Below are positions 46,058 through 54,673 of a DNA stretch of 64,000 bases, in pieces. The DNA lies in the NCBI GenBank assembly GCA_963662545.2, contig CAXXLL010000002.1, positions 1,376,001 through 1,440,000 of the forward strand, written 5' to 3'. Below the pieces are notes generated by a model. It was not told the DNA's origin. It worked only from the letters and a program-made list of their open reading frames with translations, and searched no databases. The stretch's first letter is position 1. Each line of letters begins with the position of its first letter. The position numbers and the translations under genes were made by a program. Source of the DNA: Gammaproteobacteria bacterium. GTDB lineage: Bacteria > Pseudomonadota > Gammaproteobacteria > Ga0077536.

Positions 46058-46121
46058 CGCCCGCCGGGGATTGCGCGTAAATTAAAGTGATGCGCGCTGA
46101 CAATGTGCTCGAGCGCAATCC

Positions 46122-47729
46122 TTAGAACCTGAAAATTCCATACCCTGGCTCGTTCAATGGCGCATTCAGTGACGCGCTGATCGCGATACCGAGCGCATTG
46201 CGCGTATCCACGGGATCGAGTATCCCGTCGTCCCATAACTCCGAAGTCGCGTAGTAGGCCGACATCTGGTGTTGATACGCTTCGAGTGTTTCGTGATAGA
46301 CGGCGTCCAAGGCACTTTGCTCGATTTTTTCACCGCGCCGCTCGAGCTGGCGCTGCTTGACATCGGCCAGGGTTTTCGCCGCCTGCTCGCCGCCCATGAT
46401 GCCAATCTGGTGGTTAGGCCAGGAAAAGAGAAAACGTCCGTCGTAGGCGCGACCGCACATGCCGTAATTACCGGCGCCGAAGGAGCCGTGGCACATGACC
46501 GTGAATTTGGGGACGTGTGACCCTACCTGTGCCATGATCATCTTGGCGCCGTCCTTCGTGATCCCTTTCGCCTCGTATTCGCGTCCTACCATGTAGCCCG
46601 TGATGTTCTGCAGGAACACGAGGGGCGTGTTGTTCTGGTTGCACAACTCGATGAAATGCGCGCCCTTCAGCGCGCTGTCATTGAACAGCACCCCGTTGTT
46701 GGCGAGGATGCCGACCTTGAAACCCCAGACGTTGGCGTAGCCGCACACGAGCGTCGTGCCATAGGCCGGCTGGTATTCGTGAAATCGGCTGCCGTCGACG
46801 ATTCGAGCGATAACCTCCCGCATTTCGAATGCTCTTTTGATGTCATCCGGGATGATCCCATAGAGTTCATCGGGATCGTAATAAGGCTCCTCCACCGGAT
46901 CCTGCTGCAGCGGCCATTTCGTGGTGTGCTCCCACTGCCCGATGATCTCGCGGCCGATCGCGATGGCTTCTTCTTCGGAATTCGCCGGATAGTCGCAGGT
47001 GCCGCTGATCTGAGTATGCAGATCTGCGCCTCCCAGCTCATCAGCGGTCACGACCTCGCCGGTCGCCGCTTTCACCAGGGGCGGCCCCGCAAGAAACACG
47101 GCGCCCGTGCCGCGTACGATGACCGAATAATCGGACAAGGCCGGGATGTAGGCGCCGCCGGCGGTGCCGTGACCGAATACCAGGGCCAGTTGCTTAACGC
47201 CGAGCTTCGACAACACGCACTGGTTGCGAAACATCCGCCCGGCCATGTGCTTGTCGGGAAACAGTTCCGATTGCATCGGCAGAAAGCCGCCGGCACTGTC
47301 GCACAGATGCACGACCGGCAGCCGATTCTCGATAGCGATGTCGAGGCAGCGCACGATCTTTTTTACCGTCAACGGATACCACGCACCGCCCTTGATGCTG
47401 GAATCATTGGCGTGAAGAATAAGCTCGCGCCCGTTGACCATGCCGATGCCCGTGATGCAACTTGCGCCCGGTGCGTCGCCACCGTAAGCCATGTTCGCCG
47501 CAAGGGTTGAAAATTCAAGAAACGGCGTGCCGGGATCGAGAAGCTTGTCGATGCGTTCGCGCGGCATCCACTTGCCGTGACCGGCGAGCCGATCGATGTC
47601 CTTTTGCGGTCGATCGTACCGCGCCGCGCGCTGCTTCTCGTGCAACTCTTCCGCAAGTTTTTTGTTATGTGCGTAGAAGCGTCGGAATTCCGCCGAACCG
47701 GTTTGAATGCTGGAGCGAATACGCGCCAT
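46122..47729 (-). CDS. Acyl-CoA carboxylase carboxyltransferase subunit (MCC/GCC beta-like)
   Basis: PRERIDKLLDPG, AGGAYIPA, FLAGPPLVKAATGE, FLQNITGYMVG, GAGNYGMCGRAY. Confidence 0.93.
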   Translation of the reverse strand: MARIRSSIQTGSAEFRRFYAHNKKLAEELHEKQRAARYDRPQKDIDRLAGHGKWMPRERIDKLLDPGTPFLEFSTLAANMAYGGDAPGASCITGIGMVNGRELILHANDSSIKGGAWYPLTVKKIVRCLDIAIENRLPVVHLCDSAGGFLPMQSELFPDKHMAGRMFRNQCVLSKLGVKQLALVFGHGTAGGAYIPALSDYSVIVRGTGAVFLAGPPLVKAATGEVVTADELGGADLHTQISGTCDYPANSEEEAIAIGREIIGQWEHTTKWPLQQDPVEEPYYDPDELYGIIPDDIKRAFEMREVIARIVDGSRFHEYQPAYGTTLVCGYANVWGFKVGILANNGVLFNDSALKGAHFIELCNQNNTPLVFLQNITGYMVGREYEAKGITKDGAKMIMAQVGSHVPKFTVMCHGSFGAGNYGMCGRAYDGRFLFSWPNHQIGIMGGEQAAKTLADVKQRQLERRGEKIEQSALDAVYHETLEAYQHQMSAYYATSELWDDGILDPVDTRNALGIAISASLNAPLNEPGYGIFRF

Positions 47730-48229
47730 CAGCTTTCCGCGTGCATGGATATCAGCTCCGTGCCTTTCTCGAAGCTCTCATTGATGCCGACGTGCACGGT
47801 TTCGATAATGCCGTCGCGGTGAGCAACGATGTTGACCTGCATTTTCATCGATTCGATGACCATCAAGATGTCACCGCTCGACACATTACCGCCCTCTTCG
47901 CAATGTACGGTGACGACGACGCCTGGCACGTCGGCACGTAAAATATCGTCGCCCCCAGCATGATGCTGGGCCGCGAGGATGGCGTCTTCATAGCCGACCG
48001 AAAATGTCCGCGCGCCCATGCGAAGGTGGATGCGGTCGCCTTCCCAGGTGCGCCATATCTGGTAATTGCGGCCGTCCACGGTCAGTGATACGCGGTTTTC
48101 ATCCGGGGCGGGCGCCTGCGATACTTTGTAAGCTAATCCGTCGATGCTCAAACTCAGATCCGGCCGGCGCGCGAGGATGCTGATCTCGTGATCTTCGCCA
48201 TCGAGGGTAAATGTAAAGCTCATCGCCAT
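47729..48229 (-). CDS. Biotin carboxyl carrier protein with N-terminal BT-like domain
   Basis: VIESMKMQ biotinylation motif. Confidence 0.88.
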   Translation of the reverse strand: MAMSFTFTLDGEDHEISILARRPDLSLSIDGLAYKVSQAPAPDENRVSLTVDGRNYQIWRTWEGDRIHLRMGARTFSVGYEDAILAAQHHAGGDDILRADVPGVVVTVHCEEGGNVSSGDILMVIESMKMQVNIVAHRDGIIETVHVGINESFEKGTELISMHAES

Positions 48230-48232
48230 CGT

Positions 48233-49705
48233 TCAGTTCCGCCAGGCGCTCATGGATGCATAGGGTTCCGGGGTGTCGTATACCAGCTTGTGGAATTCGT
48301 CGACGGCCAGCGCGGCCGCGATCAATACGGCGGCGCGATCGGCCTCATCAAGTGGGGCGGGCGACAGCGAGGTCGCGTGTTCCTCGACGAACCCGGTGTG
48401 CAATTCCCCCGCCCGAAACGCGGGGTGTTGGAGGATCGACCCCAGATAGTCGACGTTGGTGCTGACGCCGAGCAGGATGAGATCGTCCAGTGCCCTCAGA
48501 CTCGCATCGATCGCATCCTCGCGATCCTTGCCTTTGCATACCAGCTTGCCAACCATGGAATCGAACGCGGCTGTGATCACCTGGCCTTCGCTTATGCCGC
48601 CGTCGAAGCGGGCGCTTTCAGCATCGGGTAAACGGAGGATTTGGGCCGTGCCGGTGGCAGGGTGAAAATCATTCTGCGGTTCTTCGCAGCAGATGCGGCA
48701 CTCGATTGCATGCCCCGACTGTCTAATGTCCCCCTGTTGCCAGGGCAGCCCCTCGGCAGCCGCGATACGGAGCTGCGCTTCGACGAGATCGACGCCGCAG
48801 ACGATTTCGGTGACGGGGTGCTCTACCTGTAGCCGCGTGTTCATTTCAAGAAAATAAAATTCGCCATCGGGTGCGAGAATGAATTCCACAGTGCCCGCGT
48901 TACGGTATTTGGAGTTGACCGCCAAATCGACCGCCGCAGCGCAGATACGATCGCGCAGTTCGCGATCCAGCGCCGCCGCCGGGGATTCTTCGATGATTTT
49001 CTGAAAACGACGTTGTACAGAGCACTCGCGCTCGAAAAGATGGATGACTGCGCCATTACCGTCGCCCAGTACCTGCACTTCGATGTGGCGGGGACGTTCG
49101 ACATAGCGTTCGGCGTATATCCGCCCGTCGGCGAAATACCGCTCGGCCTCACCTGTTGCGATGCGGGCGCGTTCGGCGAACTCATTCGCGCTGCGCACGA
49201 TACTCATGCCCTTGCCGCCACCGCCGGCCGCCGCCTTGATCAACAGCGGGAAGCCAATCTGCGTCGCGGCGACGACGAAGGCATCGAGGTCGTCGTCTTG
49301 TTGCACGCTCGGCGCGACCGGCACCCCCAATTTTTCGGCGAATTCCCGCGAACGTATCTTGTCGCCCATCAGACGAATCACATCCGGTTGTGGCCCGACG
49401 AAGGTGAGACCCGCGCCTTCCACCGCTTCTGCGAAGGCGGCATTTTCAGCCAGAAAGCCGTACCCCGGATGAATGCACTGGGCGTCAGCGGCTTTTGCGA
49501 TGCCGATGATTTGCTCGATGTCGAGGTAGGCGGCGATCGGCACTTCCGCCTGCAATAAATGCGCTTCGTCGGCCATTGCGACGTGGGGTGCGTTTCGATC
49601 TTCGTGATGGAACACTGCGATGGTACGCAGGCCGAGAGCGCGCGCGGTGCGTTCGACGCGGCAGGCTATTTCGCCGCGGTTGGCAATCAGGACGCTAGCA
49701 AACAT
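48233..49705 (-). CDS. Biotin carboxylase subunit
   Basis: VLIANRGEIA, IHPGYGFLAEN, KAAAGGGGKGM, ERECSVQRR, EMNTRLQVEHPVTE. Confidence 0.95.
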   Translation of the reverse strand: MFASVLIANRGEIACRVERTARALGLRTIAVFHHEDRNAPHVAMADEAHLLQAEVPIAAYLDIEQIIGIAKAADAQCIHPGYGFLAENAAFAEAVEGAGLTFVGPQPDVIRLMGDKIRSREFAEKLGVPVAPSVQQDDDLDAFVVAATQIGFPLLIKAAAGGGGKGMSIVRSANEFAERARIATGEAERYFADGRIYAERYVERPRHIEVQVLGDGNGAVIHLFERECSVQRRFQKIIEESPAAALDRELRDRICAAAVDLAVNSKYRNAGTVEFILAPDGEFYFLEMNTRLQVEHPVTEIVCGVDLVEAQLRIAAAEGLPWQQGDIRQSGHAIECRICCEEPQNDFHPATGTAQILRLPDAESARFDGGISEGQVITAAFDSMVGKLVCKGKDREDAIDASLRALDDLILLGVSTNVDYLGSILQHPAFRAGELHTGFVEEHATSLSPAPLDEADRAAVLIAAALAVDEFHKLVYDTPEPYASMSAWRN

Positions 49706-49719
49706 GGGTGTTGGGCTAG

Positions 49720-49879
49720 CAGCCTGTCGGACTTAGGGAATCGTAGCGAGGCGGTTGGGAGAGCGAGTCCAGATGTGTCATGGTTTGAGGCGAATAGTGG
49801 GGCTATTTAACGAAAACCATGGCGCATCTGGACCGCTAACCCAACGACGCAGTAGATTCTTCCTAAGTCTGACAGGCTG
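49720..49879. mobile_element. MITE family A, copy 2 (160 bp)
   Basis: TIR CAGCCTGTCGGACTTAGG / CCTAAGTCTGACAGGCTG flanked by CTAG on both sides. Confidence 0.87.
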
Positions 49880-50157
49880 CTAGGGTTTCTTCTGTGCCGG
49901 TACGGTGCTGCCGGCGCTCGGTGTCTAGTATACCGCCTTTGCCGGTGCGGGCGGCCGGCCGAACAACGGCGGTGACGTTGAGCCAAAACGTAGCTTAGTG
50001 GCTCTGCGCGCCCGACGCCCGTCCGATGCGATCAACTCGTTCGCCCCGCGGGGCGGGGATTTCAGGGGTCCTCACGCGTCGTAGCTGGATCGATATCCCC
50101 ACGGTGTACTAAAGTTGTGATAAGCAGGAATTCTTGTCCGTTGGTCAGGAGGTGTGT

Positions 50158-50595
50158 ATGCAAACCGCGAAACAGTTACTCGAAGGTAAGGGCCGACAGG
50201 TATGGTCCGTTCATTCCGATGCGACGGTCTACGATGCGCTGCAGCTGATGGCCCAAAAGGAGATCGGTGCGCTCGTCGTAATCGACGACGGTAAAATGGT
50301 CGGATTGGTTAGTGAACGCGATTATGCACGTAAAGTAATACTTCAGGGGCGCTCTTCTCGTGACACGACAGTCGCCGAGATCATGTCCACGACGGTACTG
50401 CACATAGCGCCGGAGCAGACGGTCAACGACTGCATGGCGTTGATGACGGACAAAAAAATCCGCCACCTACCGGTGCTTGTAAACGATCAGATCATTGGGA
50501 TATTGTCGATAGGTGATCTGGTAAAAGCGATTATCGCCGAGCAGGAATTCGTTATTGATCAATTGGAGCACTACATCAGCGGATCGCCGGCGTAG
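50158..50595 (+). CDS. CBS-domain protein
   Basis: TVYDALQLMAQKEIGALVV, VSERDYARKV, IRHLPV, SIGDLVK; AGGAGG ribosome-binding site. Confidence 0.92.
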   Translation: MQTAKQLLEGKGRQVWSVHSDATVYDALQLMAQKEIGALVVIDDGKMVGLVSERDYARKVILQGRSSRDTTVAEIMSTTVLHIAPEQTVNDCMALMTDKKIRHLPVLVNDQIIGILSIGDLVKAIIAEQEFVIDQLEHYISGSPA

Positions 50596-50628
50596 TATTA
50601 CCGCGGCACGGTCGGTTTAAAAAATAAA

Positions 50629-50791
50629 GGAACCTCTGAATAAGTCAGGGCGCGTCATGAATTATTCATAAGATTGTGCAGATCAAGGCACGAATCGCAG
50701 GCCATAGCGGGGACTAGGGCTAAGGTTCGTAACGTAAGGCTCCGCGATTTCATGGGCAAGGCAGATGTGCCATGACTTATTCAGAGGTTCC
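50629..50791. mobile_element. MITE family C, copy 2 (163 bp, opposite orientation)
   Basis: TIR GGAACCTCTGAATAAGTCA / TGACTTATTCAGAGGTTCC with a TAAA duplication. Confidence 0.87.
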
Positions 50792-50804
50792 TAAAACGGA
50801 AAGC

Positions 50805-51599
50805 ATGATGGAAGTGTCGCGCGCAGCGCTGCTGCTAGTCGTTTTTTCATGGGCGGTTCCGAGCACCGTCCCGGCCGAGATCCAGGAAGAGATCCTTGCC
50901 TATGAACACGGTGGAACGTCGCTCGAAGGCGTCATTTTTTACAACGACGCAACGACTGGCGAACGCCCAGGTGTGCTCGTCGTACACGAGTGGTGGGGCC
51001 TCAACGATTATGCCAAACGGCGCGCAAGGCAACTTGCGGAATTGGGCTACGCGGCGTTTGCCGTTGACATGTACGGTAAAGGCAAGGTCACCACACATCC
51101 TGAGCAGGCGGGCGAGTGGGTCGGGATCATTACAGCAAACACGGAGCGCTGGCAAAAACGCGCGGTGATAGCGCATGAGCTGTTGAAAGCCCACCCACGC
51201 GTCGACGCCGGTAAAACCGCGGCTATTGGCTATTGTTTCGGCGGTGCGTCGGTCATGCAACTCGCCTACAGCGGTAGTGACGTCTTAGGCGTCGTCAGTT
51301 TTCACGGCTCGTTGCCGGTGCCGACCCCGGCTGAGGCATCGGCTATAACTGCGCGCATTATGGTGCAGCACGGGGCAGCTGATTCATTCGTTCGCGCGGA
51401 GCGGGTTGCCGATTTTCAGGCCGCGCTAGATAGCGCAGGGGTGGATTGGCAGATGACTTATCACGCCGGCGCAAGGCACTCATTCACCAATCCGGCCGCG
51501 GATGCCGCGGGAATGGACGGACTTCGCTACGATGCGAAGGCCGACCGCAGGTCCTGGGCAGCGATGCGAACATTTTTCTCCGAATTGTTCGAATCTTGA
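50805..51599 (+). CDS. Exported dienelactone hydrolase family protein
   Basis: PGVLVVHEWWGLN, AIGYCFGG, SFHG, HGAAD, HSFTNP. Confidence 0.92.
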   Translation: MMEVSRAALLLVVFSWAVPSTVPAEIQEEILAYEHGGTSLEGVIFYNDATTGERPGVLVVHEWWGLNDYAKRRARQLAELGYAAFAVDMYGKGKVTTHPEQAGEWVGIITANTERWQKRAVIAHELLKAHPRVDAGKTAAIGYCFGGASVMQLAYSGSDVLGVVSFHGSLPVPTPAEASAITARIMVQHGAADSFVRAERVADFQAALDSAGVDWQMTYHAGARHSFTNPAADAAGMDGLRYDAKADRRSWAAMRTFFSELFES

Positions 51600-51633
51600 A
51601 CGCTTGACGCGTACCACGTCGCCGGTCACCCGC

Positions 51634-53199
51634 TTAGAGCGCCTCGCAACGGTTGCGCCCGTTGTTTTTAGCCGCATAGAGTCCGGCATCGGCGCGTTCG
51701 AACGCGGCATCGGTGCTCTCGCCCGTGCCAAATTCGGCGATCCCACAGGAGATCGTAACCTTTACCGGTTCGTCCCTGTACTTGAAGCGGCAGGACTCGA
51801 TATGCGAGCGTAGCGCGTCAGCCAGACGGACCGCGCTGTTTCGATCGGTGTCTGGCAGGATCAGGACGAACTCCTCGCCGCCGAAACGGCCGAAGAAGTC
51901 CTGTTTTCGAATCTGGCTATTGAGTTCGCGGGACAGATGTTTGAGCACGCGATCACCGGCCTGATGTCCGTAGGTATCGTTGATCAATTTGAACTTGTCA
52001 ATATCCACTACCACGACGGAGAGGCTTCCACCGCTTCGTTGAAAGCGCGCGTATTCGGCGCGCAAGCGTTCGTTATAGGCCAGCCGGTTGGGTAATTCAG
52101 TGAGGGGATCCCGCACTGCGCGCTTGCGTGCATTTTCGAGTTTGCCGCGCAAGACTTCGGATTCGTCTGCGAGTTCCTTAATCGCCGCAGTCAGCGTCCG
52201 CGTTCGGTTTTCCGCCTTTGCCACGCGCTTGGATTCGACCTCGATGAACGCCGTCACGTTGCCGTCGATGGCGGCGAGTTGCTGCTGGATGTCCTGTTTG
52301 AGCTGATCCATATCGGCAGCCTCATCGATGTGTATTCGAAGATCATCGAGACTGCCGCGAACCGATGTATCCAATTCGGCGCGAGCCGCGGCCGCCTCTA
52401 CGCGCTCGCTATCCTCCGTTGCAACGTGTTCGAAAACCATGCCCAGTTGTGCTTTGATCTCGACCAGAAAGTCGTTGAGCCCCGATATTTCTCCCTGCAG
52501 TGAATTGACGTATTTGACGAGAAAATCGGCGAGCTCCTTTGCAAACGTACGAATCGAGCCCAGGTCGTTGGCTGACTGCAATTTTCTTGTAAATTTTGCA
52601 AGTCCCGCGTGCGCGGATTCAGGCAAGGATAGGTGATCGATCAGTGCCTGTACGGAATCGCGCGCTTCCTGCACGTTTTGCATGCCGTTCGCGTCGAAAA
52701 TCTGGGACAAACCGGCCGCGACCGATGCCACGATCTCGGCGTTGTCGATCTGATCACCGGCATCACCCAAGCGATCGCGGATATTCTGCAACAGTTTGCG
52801 CGAATCTTCGGGAACGTCGATCGCGTCGGCAAGTTGCTGCATGCGACTGACGAACGGCGGTTCCTTGGCAACCTCGGGTACAGGATCAGGAGCCGGCATT
52901 TTTGTAGCCGATGGACCGGCAGCCGAAAGTTCTGTGGCAAGGCGTTCGCCGGCATCAACCAGTGCCCGCAGACGCTTTTGTTCAGTGGCATCGTGAATAT
53001 CGCGGAAATTCGAAACGGCGTCGAATTCGCGATCGAATACCGCGTCATGCCCGCGTAGAGGGGAGAGCAGGGCGAGCATATCCCGGCTCAGTCGGGCGAT
53101 TTGCTCGGACTGTTTGCGTTCCTTCTCGTCGATCTCGTTGAGGGACTTGAAATATTTGTCTTTCCAATCCTCGAGCCGGTCTTTCTCGGAGGTCGCCAT
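51634..53199 (-). CDS. Diguanylate cyclase (coiled-coil + GGDEF)
   Basis: DPLTELPNR, DIDKFKLINDTYGHQAGD, RKQD I-site, GRFGGEEF. Start set at ATG 53199. Confidence 0.93.
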   Translation of the reverse strand: MATSEKDRLEDWKDKYFKSLNEIDEKERKQSEQIARLSRDMLALLSPLRGHDAVFDREFDAVSNFRDIHDATEQKRLRALVDAGERLATELSAAGPSATKMPAPDPVPEVAKEPPFVSRMQQLADAIDVPEDSRKLLQNIRDRLGDAGDQIDNAEIVASVAAGLSQIFDANGMQNVQEARDSVQALIDHLSLPESAHAGLAKFTRKLQSANDLGSIRTFAKELADFLVKYVNSLQGEISGLNDFLVEIKAQLGMVFEHVATEDSERVEAAAARAELDTSVRGSLDDLRIHIDEAADMDQLKQDIQQQLAAIDGNVTAFIEVESKRVAKAENRTRTLTAAIKELADESEVLRGKLENARKRAVRDPLTELPNRLAYNERLRAEYARFQRSGGSLSVVVVDIDKFKLINDTYGHQAGDRVLKHLSRELNSQIRKQDFFGRFGGEEFVLILPDTDRNSAVRLADALRSHIESCRFKYRDEPVKVTISCGIAEFGTGESTDAAFERADAGLYAAKNNGRNRCEAL

Positions 53200-53307
53200 A
53201 TGTCGGCCTTTATCGACGCAAGTGTGCCCATTCTTTAGCACCGGACTTATGTCTTCCGGGACCTTCATACCGCGTTGCAACACCTATCCTGCCCATCTCA
53301 CCCGCCT

Positions 53308-53519
53308 GCTGCCGCAGCTTTGAACCCCTTCGAAAGGATCCCCAATGAGATCGCCTGGCTGGGGGTGCTCGCCTATTACGGATAAACTTCGCTTGTTTGA
53401 AGCCCGTGTGGTTCGACTTTAAGTCATCAGGAGTTTTGCAGCGACTCCTGGTTACTGGGCAGAAACCCATTGCCGCGTTAGGATCGCTAACAGCACCCAA
53501 TATGAACGATCCCGCAGCT
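53308..53519 (-). ncRNA. Candidate structured non-coding RNA of unknown family in the DGC leader
   Basis: At least seven nested stems found by hand. G-U pairs are satisfied only on the minus strand. See findings. Confidence 0.5.
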
Positions 53520-53565
53520 CTCAAAATAATGGGTTAAAAAAAGAGGTCACGAGGATCCCGGGAAT

Positions 53566-54453
53566 ATGCGGATCGCCACATATAGGACTCAGACACGCAT
53601 CGAAGTCGGTGTGTTGTCCCAGGACGGTTCTGCCATTACGCCGTTCGACATCCCGCCCGAACGCGCAGCGGGCGGATTGCTGGCCCTGCTCGGGGTCGAT
53701 CAAACCCTGCTGCCCTTGCGTGACGTTGACCACCCTCTAAATTCCAGCGAAGTCGAATTACTCGCGCCCATCCCGCGCCCGCGGCGCAATATCCTGTGCG
53801 TCGGAAAGAACTACTACGCACATGTTCAGGAAATCGCCAACGCGGGTTTCGATAGCACCGGCGGCGGCGCGGAGGCACCCAAAGTACCGATTATATTTTC
53901 CAAACTGCCCGAATGCGTCATCGCCACCGGTGCCTCGATTCAGCACGATTTACGGGTGACGAAGGAGCTCGATTACGAGGCTGAACTGGCCGTCATTATC
54001 GGCCGCAAGGGTCGCTCGATTCCGCAGGTCGACGCAATGGATTACGTTTGGGGATATACGATCATCAACGACGTCACTGCGCGCGACCTGCAAAAAAACC
54101 ACAAGCAGTGGCTGCTCGGGAAATCGCAGGATACGTTTTGCCCCATGGGCCCGTTCGCAATTACGCGGGACCTGCTGGATCTCAGTGACACGTCGATCCG
54201 CTGCTGGATCAACGGAGAGTTGCGCCAGGACGGTAATACCGGGCGGCTGATGTTCGGTATTCCGGCACTGATCGAGTCGATCTCGGCCGGGGTAACGCTC
54301 TACCCGGGTGACGTCATTGCGACCGGAACACCCGCGGGGGTCGGTGCCGGCTTTGATCCTCCGCGTTTTCTACAGGCCGGCGATCAAGTGCGTATCGAAA
54401 TACCGCCGATCGGCGTTCTTGAAAACCCGGTTCGACGCTGGGACGGTCGGTAA
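53566..54453 (+). CDS. Fumarylacetoacetate hydrolase family protein
   Basis: ILCVGKNYYAH, LDYEAELAVIIG, NDVTARDLQ, GKSQDTFCPMGP, GDVIATGTPAGVG. Confidence 0.93.
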   Translation: MRIATYRTQTRIEVGVLSQDGSAITPFDIPPERAAGGLLALLGVDQTLLPLRDVDHPLNSSEVELLAPIPRPRRNILCVGKNYYAHVQEIANAGFDSTGGGAEAPKVPIIFSKLPECVIATGASIQHDLRVTKELDYEAELAVIIGRKGRSIPQVDAMDYVWGYTIINDVTARDLQKNHKQWLLGKSQDTFCPMGPFAITRDLLDLSDTSIRCWINGELRQDGNTGRLMFGIPALIESISAGVTLYPGDVIATGTPAGVGAGFDPPRFLQAGDQVRIEIPPIGVLENPVRRWDGR

Positions 54454-54505
54454 TCGCATTTATCGCGAATTTATCACCACTGTCCGTCGCGCAGAATTGA
54501 TCTAA

Positions 54506-54666
54506 CAGGTTGGTGAAAAATGCCTTCCTGACATTTTTCACCTCGCTACAACGAAAACGCAGTTTCCGTTGCGCTCCATCCATCGGGCACTTACGTGCTC
54601 GATGGATGCTGGTACGTCCCTGTACCGGACACAGGCTGACAAAAAACGGAGTTTTTCACCAGCCTA
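54506..54666. mobile_element. MITE family B, copy 2 (161 bp)
   Basis: TIR CAGGTTGGTGAAAAA / TTTTTCACCAGCCTA flanked by CTAA on both sides. Confidence 0.85.
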
Positions 54667-54673
54667 CTAACGC

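Noticed and set aside
53390-53425. tRNA-Sec suggested by GGGCUUCAAAC (minus) and GGTTCGACT (plus)
   Set aside because: The two motifs are on opposite strands, the anticodon stem does not pair, and there is no acceptor stem or CCA.
53410-53455. Hammerhead ribozyme suggested by CUGAUGA...GAA on the minus strand
   Set aside because: The core reads GAAC instead of GAAA, there is no UH cleavage site before stem I, and stem II geometry does not fit.
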